IMG/VR virus record: IMGVR_UViG_3300025703_000001
Coordinates: 22,324-86,323 of that record
Source: a virus
Direction: 5' to 3' (one strand)
DNA: 64,000 nt
Below, one piece after another: positions 49,178-58,754 of this stretch. The notes beneath the pieces are model-generated. The model saw only the letters and a program-made list of their open reading frames with translations, made no database searches and was not told the origin of the DNA. The position numbers were made by a program, and so were the translations under genes. The stretch's first letter is position 1, and every line of letters starts with the position of its first letter.

Positions 49178-51349
49178 ATGGCCGTTCCTATTCTGGGCGC
49201 ACGTAAAGCTCGCAAGCAAGCTGCCGTCGATGCAGCAGTGGCTGAAGGTGTCCACAAGGCCATGATGCCCGCGTTGGCACAGGCTGCGCTGAATTCGCAG
49301 ATGTCGTCAGGTGCAACGTACAACCCGTCATCACCGTTCAATCAGGTAGGACCGGGGCAGGGTTTTGTTCCGTTGCCGCGTCCAGACGGACTGTTTGATT
49401 CAGGATTTGGTCCGGGCTACCCGCTCTTTCCTGATGCGATTGATCCGCTAGGTGAAAACGGACGCACGATCCCTCGTCGTGCGCAGTACCTGATTTCGGC
49501 AAATATCCAAATTGTCGATCGGCGCATTCCATGGTCCGTGCTGCGTGGACTAGCAGATGATGTTGACGTTTTGTCTCGCTGTCTGCAAATAGTTCAGGAT
49601 GCTTTGGTTGGACTGAATTGGTCATGGGGATTCTCTCAGGGAATCATCAACCAGATCATGACGGAGCAGGACATCACCAACAGCTCCAAAGCTTCGGCAA
49701 TCGCACGCGAAAAGTACGGCGACGAATTGCAGCGCGTTGAGGAGTTCTTCCAGTATCCCGACAAGCGGATGCAGTTCAACTTCTCGCAATGGCTGACTGA
49801 CCTGATCTACTCGCACCTCGTCTACGACGGCATTGTCGTGTCGCCACAATACAATCTTGGTGGCGAACTGATATCCCTGTCTACGATCGACACACCAACG
49901 ATCAAGATTCTGCTGGACAACCAGGGCTTCATTCCGCAGCCACCCGCACCCGCGTATCAGCAGATCCTGTATGGCTTTCCGCGCGGCGAATACACGGCCG
50001 AGAACGTGAACCAAGATGGCACAGTTCCGGGCGGTCAGTCATCGGACGATCTTGCCTACTACGTGAGGCGTCCGCAGCCAGGGTCCATGTATGGAACTTC
50101 GCAGATTGAAGAGTGCATCAACATCGCTACGATTTACATGGAGCGCCAGGCGTGGCTGCATGCTGAGTATTCGCATGGCGTTACGCCTCGGATGTTCGTT
50201 GAGACCGAAGGCACGGAGAACTGGACGCCCGAGCAACTGGGTTACTACGAACGCACATTGAACGATCAGTGGTCAGGCCAAACGCAACGTCGTCAGCAGA
50301 TCATGCTTGGGCGTCCCGGCATGAAGCCGACACAGCTCAAGGGCATTGACGAAGCATACAAAAGTGACTATGACGCATGGCTCGTCATGCAGATGGGCGC
50401 CAAGTTCGGCATCCCGCAAGCAATGCTCGGCATTCAGATGCACTCGTCCATCGGCGGCGGCGCTGCCGGTAAGCAACAGTCGGATCAGGCCGAAGCCTTT
50501 GCTACTGACGCATTGCGTAACTTTCTCATCGACTGCATCAACGACATGGCTCGCCGGTTCATGGGGGTCGGTCCTGAACTAACGATGACCGCCACTGGCG
50601 GCGGCAATGACGATGACGATCTAACCCGCGCCCAGGCGGATGCCGTTGACGTGAACACGGGAATCCGCTCGCGCAACGAAGTCCGCGCCGAGCGTGGTAT
50701 TCCGCTTGATCCTGCGCCCGAAGCGGATTCGCTCGGAGTGACTTCCCCGACCGGCGTGACCTTCCTTCCCGGATTGCTGCAAGCACAGCAGACCGCAGCC
50801 GAACTAGCAGCACAACCACCGCCCCCACCCGTCCACGTGATTGCGAATCCTGATGGCTCAACCACCCCAGTCGCCACAGATCCCGCAACCGGCCAACCTC
50901 ACAATCCAGTTACTACATCTGCGAGCGTCACTCATGGCGGTACAAGCGCAAGTGTCGGATCTGCTGCAAGCGTTGCCCCAGTCAAGGCCGACGCCAAGCC
51001 CGATGTTGCTCCCAAAGACGATCCCCGACAGCCAGAGACTGACGCCGAAAAAGAACTTGCTGCGTTCGCCAAGTGGGGCCGATCCCATCTGGGGAAAGAA
51101 TCGGCCCGAGACTTCGATTTTAGATGGCAAGATGGAGCCACTGCCGGACGCCTCAACGACCTCGTAAGGTCTGGTGACGCCGAACTGGTGAAGGCTGCCA
51201 TCACAGAGGCACGAGACACCCCTACGGTTGCGCCTAAGGCTACGGAATCCGATGTCGCTAGCCAGGTCGCAGATCGGCTATCTAAGGATCTGGCGGCACT
51301 CAGGCAATCGTACGAATTGCTGGACGAGGCACGCAGTCTGAAGGTCTAG
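49178..51349 (+). CDS. Portal protein
   Basis: YG.S.IE, FGIP...LG, G..S.NEVR.E.G; position before MuF. Confidence 0.88.
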   Translation: MAVPILGARKARKQAAVDAAVAEGVHKAMMPALAQAALNSQMSSGATYNPSSPFNQVGPGQGFVPLPRPDGLFDSGFGPGYPLFPDAIDPLGENGRTIPRRAQYLISANIQIVDRRIPWSVLRGLADDVDVLSRCLQIVQDALVGLNWSWGFSQGIINQIMTEQDITNSSKASAIAREKYGDELQRVEEFFQYPDKRMQFNFSQWLTDLIYSHLVYDGIVVSPQYNLGGELISLSTIDTPTIKILLDNQGFIPQPPAPAYQQILYGFPRGEYTAENVNQDGTVPGGQSSDDLAYYVRRPQPGSMYGTSQIEECINIATIYMERQAWLHAEYSHGVTPRMFVETEGTENWTPEQLGYYERTLNDQWSGQTQRRQQIMLGRPGMKPTQLKGIDEAYKSDYDAWLVMQMGAKFGIPQAMLGIQMHSSIGGGAAGKQQSDQAEAFATDALRNFLIDCINDMARRFMGVGPELTMTATGGGNDDDDLTRAQADAVDVNTGIRSRNEVRAERGIPLDPAPEADSLGVTSPTGVTFLPGLLQAQQTAAELAAQPPPPPVHVIANPDGSTTPVATDPATGQPHNPVTTSASVTHGGTSASVGSAASVAPVKADAKPDVAPKDDPRQPETDAEKELAAFAKWGRSHLGKESARDFDFRWQDGATAGRLNDLVRSGDAELVKAAITEARDTPTVAPKATESDVASQVADRLSKDLAALRQSYELLDEARSLKV

Positions 51350-51351
51350 CC

Positions 51352-52344
51352 GTGACGGACATCGACGCCATCGTTGACGCTGCCCGTGATGAAATCCGCA
51401 AGGAAATCGCACGCGTTAATGCGGAGACTGAGCGGCTGATCAAGGCGTCGAAATGGGCCAGTCATCCCAATCATGAACTCCACGACAAGATCGTGGCGTA
51501 TTACACCCCACTGATCGCCACCGCACTGAAGGACGCCATAACCGGCGTGCGCGCCACGATCACGTCGGCGCAGAACAAGTACGCAGCCGCTCAAGCCAAG
51601 ACGAAGAAGGCCGCTGGCGACGAGGTGGCCGAAGGGACTTTGGCCCAACAGGTGGCACGCCAAGCCGCCCAGGCTGGCATCGGCACATCGCAGGCGGAAC
51701 TCAAGCAGATACTCGCTCGCATGACGGCGGACTCGGCTCTTGCCGGTGTTCATAGTGCCATTCAGCAGATTCCTGGAACACGGGTGCCCGATGACCTGGC
51801 TGAATTGTATGATGCGGTGGATTGGTCATCTTGGTCTCCGGGCAACGTCGCAGCCGCAGACACATTGTCTGGCGGACTTCAGTCGGTGTTGGATCAGATC
51901 GGCGCCACCCTCAACGGCATTACGGACACCAACGTTGAGCGCATCGGCAATCAGATTGCTGATGGCCTGACAGGCGGCGACAGCGTACAAACCATCGGTA
52001 ACAACATTGCCGACATGGTTGGCAGCGATTCGCGTGCGTTGACAATTGCTAACACGCAGACAGCGATGGCCGTTTCGCAAGCGTCAATGGACACGTACAA
52101 TGCCAACGGTATTGACCAGTGGGAATGGCTTGCAGAGGACGACGCGTGTCCGATCTGCGAAGACAACATGGACAACAGTCCCTACGACGTAGGAGATGAT
52201 CCCGATCCGTCAGTGCCAGCACACCCAAATTGTCGATGCGTCTACATCCCCGTCGTAAAGACCTCGTCAGACGAATCCGACACTGGCGATTCAACCGACG
52301 AGGACGCGGACGACAGCAGCGACGAAGGGACCGATGATGGGTAA
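51352..52344 (+). CDS. MuF/gp7-like minor head protein
   Basis: RA.TIA.T, W.W...C..C, PAHPNCRC. Confidence 0.9.
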   Translation: MTDIDAIVDAARDEIRKEIARVNAETERLIKASKWASHPNHELHDKIVAYYTPLIATALKDAITGVRATITSAQNKYAAAQAKTKKAAGDEVAEGTLAQQVARQAAQAGIGTSQAELKQILARMTADSALAGVHSAIQQIPGTRVPDDLAELYDAVDWSSWSPGNVAAADTLSGGLQSVLDQIGATLNGITDTNVERIGNQIADGLTGGDSVQTIGNNIADMVGSDSRALTIANTQTAMAVSQASMDTYNANGIDQWEWLAEDDACPICEDNMDNSPYDVGDDPDPSVPAHPNCRCVYIPVVKTSSDESDTGDSTDEDADDSSDEGTDDG

Positions 52345-52521
52345 GCACACCATCCGTTATCGCAATGGATTAATGGCCTGGAATCCGTCGAACGATCCAG
52401 AATGGCGCTACCGCAAGACGCTGGAAAAGAAAGACCGCGACGCGTTCGACGCCAAGGACGACGACGATCGCAAGATGATCGTCCAGGCGTGGGGGCTTGA
52501 ACAGGTCGGTTGGAAGTTCTA

Positions 52522-52932
52522 ATGGCTGGCATAACCATTGATGGTGTCGGTGGATTTGAAGCCGGACTAGACGCCCTTATTGCCAGCGTTCAGGAAGCTA
52601 CTCGCCTAGCCGTCATGTCGGGCGCACACCTGATTGAAGCGCAAGCCAAGCAGTCCATGAACGGTCCTGGCCCAAAGGTGCAGACCGGGACGCTGCGCAG
52701 AAGCATCAATGTCATTGACACCACGTCACTGGGCGCTGGCAGTTATCAAGCCCGCATAGCGCCGACCGTGATCTACGGGCGGCGGCAGGAACTCGGTTTT
52801 CACGGACAAGATTCTTTGGGACGACACTACAACCAAAGTGGCCGTCCGTTCTTGTCCACGGGGCTGAACAAAAGCCTCCCACTTTTGCAGGGCGTTTTCA
52901 GCGCAGCCTGGCAAGCGGCAATGCGAGCGTAA
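52522..52932 (+). CDS. HK97 gp10-like neck/tail-completion protein
   Basis: TG.LRRSI, Y....ELG, RPFL. Confidence 0.8.
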   Translation: MAGITIDGVGGFEAGLDALIASVQEATRLAVMSGAHLIEAQAKQSMNGPGPKVQTGTLRRSINVIDTTSLGAGSYQARIAPTVIYGRRQELGFHGQDSLGRHYNQSGRPFLSTGLNKSLPLLQGVFSAAWQAAMRA

Positions 52933-53031
52933 CTTTCTGCCCGGCGGTTCGCGTCAACGGTTCAGCCGTGCGTTGACCTCCCGCAACGACGGTGCCGGTA
53001 CCACCGCCGGGCAACTTTTAGGAGCATCAGA

Positions 53032-53409
53032 ATGGCGCATATCGCGGTGGACATTGACGGGACGGCCGCTGCGGCACCACAACAGATTCAAGAACTGTGC
53101 TCGTCTCTCCAAGCGGCGGGACATCGGGTGTCGATCGTTACGGGAACTGCCAACCCTACGGCATCTCAGCAAGACTTTGACGAGAAGGCCAACTATCTGA
53201 ACAGCATTGGCATGGGTCAGTCGTACGACGACTTGACCGTTATTGCTCACGGCGATGATGGCGGTATCGCTAACGCCAAGGCGCAATGGTGCAAGGACAA
53301 CTCGGTCGATTGCCTAATCGATAATTCTAAGGCCAACGCGAAAGCGGCGGTTGCTATCGGCATACCCCTTGTGCTTGTTCCGTGGGCATCTCGCGTGGAT
53401 GGTGGTTAA
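53032..53409 (+). CDS. Small HAD-like protein
   Basis: VDIDGT, VTG, K, LIDN. Confidence 0.7.
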   Translation: MAHIAVDIDGTAAAAPQQIQELCSSLQAAGHRVSIVTGTANPTASQQDFDEKANYLNSIGMGQSYDDLTVIAHGDDGGIANAKAQWCKDNSVDCLIDNSKANAKAAVAIGIPLVLVPWASRVDGG

Positions 53410-53795
53410 TGAGCAAGAAGAAGCGGGCACCAGAAATCCGTCCAGTCTTTAACTGGCTAGACGACGTTGCCGATCATGACTTCGACGCTGCAGAAGCGTA
53501 TCTGTCCATGCGGTTTGATGACGATGTTGTTCACCAACTCGTCCACAACCTACGCAACGCCAAGATCACCGAGCGTCGTGCCAACGACATCCTGCGTGCG
53601 TGTGGACACGACCCATTGCCGATCACCGATGCTGGCGTGTTGCATAACTTGCTGAAGGTCGCACGTGGTGAAGCGATGAGTCCGGTGCTCGTTGTCACTC
53701 ATGACGGCGAGTCCGACATCGCTGACGGGTATCACCGCGTCAGCTTGGTCTATCAACTTGATCCTTTCGGCGTAGTGCCGTTGCGGATTGCGTAA
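53409..53795 (+). CDS. ParB/Srx-like protein
   Basis: SPVLVV...IADGYHRV. Confidence 0.55.
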   Translation: MSKKKRAPEIRPVFNWLDDVADHDFDAAEAYLSMRFDDDVVHQLVHNLRNAKITERRANDILRACGHDPLPITDAGVLHNLLKVARGEAMSPVLVVTHDGESDIADGYHRVSLVYQLDPFGVVPLRIA

Positions 53796-53807
53796 AGGAA
53801 CCCCCCT

Positions 53808-54311
53808 ATGCCGAGTGCAAACTTTCGCCTAAAGGTGTCTGTGGAGCCTGACGAACCTGACGCACCGCCTGTTGTGCGCGACATCGGTGGATCGGTCATC
53901 AAGTCCGACGCCGAGCAGCGTTACGTGCTCATGGTTGCCTACCCCGCCATGAAGGCAGACACGGGTACGGCCCAGGACGGATTTCGCGATTTCGGGCAGG
54001 CCGCAGTCATTGAAAAGGCGTGCTTCGCGTTCATGCGCAAGGGCTGCAAGCTCGGCATGTGGCACAAAGATGGTTATAGCGACTGCGGCGAAGTGGTCGA
54101 GAATTACATCTACCGTGGACCGACGTGGGTAACAAAGAGCGACGACGGGACTGAACAGGTCATTGAGCCAGGCGACTGGTTGACCGGAATGATACTCACA
54201 CCAGAAGTCTGGTCCATGTACAAGGCTGGCGTTATCGGTGGAGCATCCCCGCAAGGAAAAGCCAAGCGACGCGTTCCGGACGCGGCCACGTTGGCTCAAC
54301 TCAGGAGCTAG
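53808..54311 (+). CDS. XkdF-like prohead serine protease domain
   Basis: IKSD.EQR, D..D, MWH, VVENY, GDW..G, W..K.G...G.S..G. Confidence 0.8.
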   Translation: MPSANFRLKVSVEPDEPDAPPVVRDIGGSVIKSDAEQRYVLMVAYPAMKADTGTAQDGFRDFGQAAVIEKACFAFMRKGCKLGMWHKDGYSDCGEVVENYIYRGPTWVTKSDDGTEQVIEPGDWLTGMILTPEVWSMYKAGVIGGASPQGKAKRRVPDAATLAQLRS

Positions 54312-54315
54312 ATAA

Positions 54316-56289
54316 ATGACGACCGATACGGCCATCACTGAATTTGAAGACATCGACCCAGATGAACTCCATCTTGTCGGCAACGGTGCGAACGGATTTA
54401 AGGCACTGCTTGCCAAGTCTGCGAGCGAAGAGGTGCGCGAAGTTCTTGAGATCATCGCTGACGCCACCGACACGGAGATTGTGAAAGCCGACGATGATTC
54501 TGGCGACAAGCCAGATCCGTGTCCGCTCTGTGACGGGCAGAAGACCATCAAAGACGGACACGTCAAGTGCCCCAAGTGCAAGGGGACTGGAGTGGCCCCC
54601 GCTGTTGGCGACACGACCAAGACTCTCGCTGAAAAGGCTGAGTCTGGCGTGGCCGCAAGCGGCGCCGCCGTTCCCGTTGATGACACGTGTGAAGCCTGCA
54701 AGGGTTCCGGCAAAGACGAGACGGGCGTGTGCGATGCGTGTGCGGGGACTGGCAAAAATGCCGACGCTCCGGCCGCTGGTCAACTGAATGCAGTGAACGC
54801 CGACGCTGGAAGTGTGACTGAAGGTGCTGGCGGACGCGAGGCCGTTGATAAGGCGGCTCAGTCCACCGCAGACCAGAACGTCAGCGACGCCAGCAAGGCT
54901 GCCGGTTACGTGCCCGAGCCATATCACGCAGATGCCGACGAGACCGTTGAGTGTCCTAAGTGCCAGAAGATGAACGACGTTGACGCGTCGTTCTGCGATC
55001 AGTGCGGCTTTGAATTGAAGGGTGCGCCAAGCGTCAAGGTCGAAGCCGCTAAGGCATCTGGCGATGTGTTCACTGCGCCAAATCTGGCACTAGCTGCTGC
55101 CGCTTCGCAGGTTGTTGGCGATCCGGCACCTGACACTGGTGGCAGCGACAGCATGGACGACGGCTCTGGCCCGATGTCACCGCCCGCTACGCCTGGTTCG
55201 CCAGCGTGGGAGGCGGTTGACGCCCAAACCGCCACAGACGCCGCACTGGCGTTGATGACTGCGGTTGAGTTGATGCGGACGTTCGCACAGCGTGAGTCGA
55301 CTGAGGTGGCGATGGGCGAAGGCAACGATGTCTTCGACGCCTACGCCGCGTCCGAGGCCATCTGTGCCGCTCAGGCTGCACTTGGCGTCATGGCCCAGCT
55401 CGCATTCCACGAAGGACTTGAGGCAGCGAAGTCGTTGCCAGATGACGAAAGCGTTGAGAAGGCTGGCCGACGTTTGGCCGGTAAGACCGTTGCAGCACTC
55501 GCTGCGGCACGTGACAAGGCCAAGGATTTGGCTGATCACATTGGTGGGGTACTCGGAGACGACGACCCCAAGAAAAACGCCAGCAAGAGTGCTGACGAAA
55601 TCGATATGGACGCTTTGTCCAAGGAGTTAGAGAATATGTCAACTGACGAGCTTACGAAGGTGCTCGACGCGCGCGATGAAAAGCTCGTCGGGCTCCTTGC
55701 CGAAGCACTGAAGAGTGCGCCCAAGGGCGATACCAAGAAGTCCAAGAAGGACAAGACGGAGGATGCTCCGGCCGAGGCCGTTAAGGCTGAGGGCGAGGAC
55801 GCCGAAGTTGTGGCTGAGGTTGAGGCCGATGGTGAGACCGTTGCGGAACCCGCTGACGATGCCACCAAGGCTGCGCTGACGCCCGAAGAGATCGAGGCTA
55901 ACGAAGCCGCTGCTTCCGCTAAGAAGGAAGCCAAGCGACTGAAGAAGGCCGCAGAGCAAACCGCCGCGGATGCGGCCACAGCAAAGGCAATTGAAGAGGC
56001 AGTCGCAAAGGCCACGGCGGCAGTTGACAGCCTGAAGGATGAACTTGCTGCGGCAAAGCAGGCAACGGATGACCGACTGGCCACCGTTGAAAAGATGGCG
56101 GCACCCAGCAACATCGTGCGCACGGCTCCGACCGATGCACAGAATGTTGCGAAGGCGCGTGACGAGAAGGAGTTGCGTATTGCGACCCTTGAGCGTGAAG
56201 CGCGTGAAACTTCAGACCCCGCAGTCCGTGCAGGCAACCGTGAGATTATCAAAGAGTTGCGTGCCGACATGACTGCCCCCAAGAACTAG
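54316..56289 (+). CDS. Scaffold-like protein with CxxCxGxG and Zn-ribbon motifs
   Basis: Between protease and capsid; A/E/K-rich coiled C-terminus; six CxxC. Confidence 0.7.
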   Translation: MTTDTAITEFEDIDPDELHLVGNGANGFKALLAKSASEEVREVLEIIADATDTEIVKADDDSGDKPDPCPLCDGQKTIKDGHVKCPKCKGTGVAPAVGDTTKTLAEKAESGVAASGAAVPVDDTCEACKGSGKDETGVCDACAGTGKNADAPAAGQLNAVNADAGSVTEGAGGREAVDKAAQSTADQNVSDASKAAGYVPEPYHADADETVECPKCQKMNDVDASFCDQCGFELKGAPSVKVEAAKASGDVFTAPNLALAAAASQVVGDPAPDTGGSDSMDDGSGPMSPPATPGSPAWEAVDAQTATDAALALMTAVELMRTFAQRESTEVAMGEGNDVFDAYAASEAICAAQAALGVMAQLAFHEGLEAAKSLPDDESVEKAGRRLAGKTVAALAAARDKAKDLADHIGGVLGDDDPKKNASKSADEIDMDALSKELENMSTDELTKVLDARDEKLVGLLAEALKSAPKGDTKKSKKDKTEDAPAEAVKAEGEDAEVVAEVEADGETVAEPADDATKAALTPEEIEANEAAASAKKEAKRLKKAAEQTAADAATAKAIEEAVAKATAAVDSLKDELAAAKQATDDRLATVEKMAAPSNIVRTAPTDAQNVAKARDEKELRIATLEREARETSDPAVRAGNREIIKELRADMTAPKN

Positions 56290-56301
56290 AAAGAGAAACA
56301 T

Positions 56302-58086
56302 ATGTCGATCCCTAACGCTAGGGAACTCTTCGACGGTGACTCTGATCCCTCTGCTCAGTCTGAGCGTAATGGCGCCTTGCGCAAGAACGTGAAGTCGAAC
56401 CGAGAGGTCACGGAAGCCCGTCAGGAGTTCCTTGAGGAAATGACCAAGGCCACTATCGCCGGTTTGAATGGCGATACTGACTTTGTGCGTGGGACTCCCG
56501 ACCAGGTTGCTCAGGGTTATATCCCTGGCCGTGGTCCGGTTATGCCCATTGCTACCAACCCCACCCGTCGTGAGGCTGTTCGTAAGGCCATGGACGAGTA
56601 CGAGATGGCCAAGTCCGCAGGGACTGCCAACTGGGGCGATCTTGAGAAGGAATGGTCATTGACCAACCCGATCTCGACCGGTCTGGTTCCGTTCGACCTT
56701 GAGGCTCCCGCCAAGCTCCTTACCCCCCGCCCCACGCCACTGCGTAACAGCATCCCGCGTGTTAAGGGTCAGGGTGGCGCTCGTCGGTTCAAGACCATCA
56801 CCGGATTCACCGGTACTGGCACGGGTGGTCAGACGACCACGCAGCCCGGTATCAGTGAGACCAGCACCAACGCTGGTCCGGGTGGTCTTAGCTACATTCG
56901 TGGACCATACATCAACTACGCCGGTATCGACACCACGCTGAACTACGTGACCACGTCACTCAGCGACTCGGTGTCTTGGCAAGCGGAGTATCAAGGACAG
57001 GGCTTCGAGGACATTCGTTCGCTTAGCAATACCGCTCTGCTCTACTCTACAATGTTGCTTGACGAGCGTCTGATGATCTACGGTCGTGGAACTACGGGTA
57101 ACGGCTACGCCGGTGCTCTTGGTACCCCGGCTTCGGTGACTCTGGCTGCCGTGTCGGCTTCGATTGCGCCTTCTGGTGCGACCACTCCGGCGTTGGCTTC
57201 CAACGTCTGGGTCGTTGTGGCCGCTGACGCTGGTGACCTGCTTGGTACCAACGGTACTGCGATGCACGAGGGTCCGGCTACCGCCGCAGCTTCGGTCAAC
57301 GTGGCTGCTGGCCAGGCTGTTCAGGTGACCGTTGGCTCCGATGTGGCTGGCGCCCTTGGTTACAACCTGTACGTCGGTTCCGTCTCGGCTGGTCCGTTCT
57401 ACTACGCTGGTCGCACTGGTTACAACGTTGGATACATCAAGGCTCAGCCTTCGACTGGTCCGACCGTTGCATCTAGTGGTGCTGACACTTCGGCACAGGC
57501 CAACAACTACGACGGTCTGCTGACCAACGTCGCCGCTTCTGGTGGTTACGTCAACCGGCTGAACGCTGCACTGTCCACCACCAACCCCGGCGTTGAGTTC
57601 CAGACGGCATTCGCCAGTCTGTACGAGTCGGTGAAGGGTGACCCCGAGGAAGTCTGGCTGAACGGTTTCGACCGTCAACAGCTTTCCAACGCGCTTCTGA
57701 ACAACGCTGCGAACTCGTCTTACACGATGTTCGTGCAGCAGGATCAGATGAGCGGCGTGAACGTCGGTGCCGTGGTTTCGACCATCACCAACGAGGTCAC
57801 TGGGTCTTCGGTCCCGTTGACCGTTCACCCGTGGTTCCCGCAGGGCAACGCGCTCATTCGGCAGAAGAACCTTCCGATCCCTGACAGCAATGTCGCGGAG
57901 ACGAGCGTTATGGTGCTTCCGCAGGATTATGTGGCGGTCCAGTGGCCCGTTGTACAATTCACCTATGATGCGAGCACTTTCGAGATTGGGACTTTTTGTC
58001 ACTACGCCCCGGCGTGGAACGGTCTCATTCAGGGCATCAGCGGTACAGGCATAGGAACCGTTCCTCCGAGCTTCGGTGATTCCTAA
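56302..58086 (+). CDS. Major capsid protein with beta-rich insertion
   Basis: GL..FDLE.PAK.L.P..TPLRNSIPR..G.G; position after scaffold; strongly biased codons. Confidence 0.85.
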   Translation: MSIPNARELFDGDSDPSAQSERNGALRKNVKSNREVTEARQEFLEEMTKATIAGLNGDTDFVRGTPDQVAQGYIPGRGPVMPIATNPTRREAVRKAMDEYEMAKSAGTANWGDLEKEWSLTNPISTGLVPFDLEAPAKLLTPRPTPLRNSIPRVKGQGGARRFKTITGFTGTGTGGQTTTQPGISETSTNAGPGGLSYIRGPYINYAGIDTTLNYVTTSLSDSVSWQAEYQGQGFEDIRSLSNTALLYSTMLLDERLMIYGRGTTGNGYAGALGTPASVTLAAVSASIAPSGATTPALASNVWVVVAADAGDLLGTNGTAMHEGPATAAASVNVAAGQAVQVTVGSDVAGALGYNLYVGSVSAGPFYYAGRTGYNVGYIKAQPSTGPTVASSGADTSAQANNYDGLLTNVAASGGYVNRLNAALSTTNPGVEFQTAFASLYESVKGDPEEVWLNGFDRQQLSNALLNNAANSSYTMFVQQDQMSGVNVGAVVSTITNEVTGSSVPLTVHPWFPQGNALIRQKNLPIPDSNVAETSVMVLPQDYVAVQWPVVQFTYDASTFEIGTFCHYAPAWNGLIQGISGTGIGTVPPSFGDS

Positions 58087-58120
58087 TTCAAACTAAGGGC
58101 TGATTGATTTCAGTTCTGGC

Positions 58121-58161
58121 TCCCGCAATGGTTACTCGCCAGTTCGATTCTGGCGGCGGGA
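58121..58161 (+). other. tRNA-like minihelix (T-arm plus acceptor-like stem only)
   Basis: TCCCGC...CGCCAG TTCGATT CTGGCG GCGGGA. Confidence 0.5.
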
Positions 58162-58689
58162 ACGTAAGATGTCTGCTGGTGGGTTTCTAACGTAATGAAG
58201 CACGCGCTCATCAAACTCCGTAGGACAACCCTCAATCTCTCTGAGATATGCGTGGCCCACCATTCGCTCCAGCTGCTTGTTGCATTCCCGGCAGAGCAGA
58301 CCCCTCCAACATCGCTCACACGACCTGCCCGATGGATGTTCACAGGTGTGACTGTGGTCAATGTCAAACGATTGCGGTCCCTGTTCGGCGCTACATAGCG
58401 CGCACTTGTGACCCTGTGTCTGAAGCAGTAATTGAAATTCTTCAGACTCCATGCCATGCCGCCAGTATTGTTGACGCTGGCTTGTGGCTGTTTTGCAAGG
58501 ATCACAACGACATCCTGATTGATATCTAGCGTCAGTCCCGTGCTCAGCGACATCACGCCACCGCTTACGGCTGCGACGAATCCCCTTGCGGTAGTCCCGC
58601 ATATAGGCGTTGTTCGCCTCTTTACACTCATCGCAGCGACATCCATCCGAGTACCTTGCTATTTCGCCATGCGGCGCATTTGTTGCCAT
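58132..58689 (-). CDS. Free-standing EndoVII-type nuclease with two HG...Y..GCRC..C repeats
   Basis: CALC...DHSH.C...C..CWRGLLC..CN; own promoter. Confidence 0.85.
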   Translation of the reverse strand: MATNAPHGEIARYSDGCRCDECKEANNAYMRDYRKGIRRSRKRWRDVAEHGTDARYQSGCRCDPCKTATSQRQQYWRHGMESEEFQLLLQTQGHKCALCSAEQGPQSFDIDHSHTCEHPSGRSCERCWRGLLCRECNKQLERMVGHAYLREIEGCPTEFDERVLHYVRNPPADILRSRRQNRTGE

Positions 58690-58695
58690 TCCAAA

Positions 58696-58724
58696 AGGAT
58701 AGCACAGATTACGTGCCCGGTCAA
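58696..58724 (-). promoter_or_regulatory. Promoter TTGACC-N17-TATCCT, leaderless ATG at 58689
   Basis: Read directly. Confidence 0.65.
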
Positions 58725-58754
58725 CCATTCAGTTTACGTCTTTAGGAGCCACAC

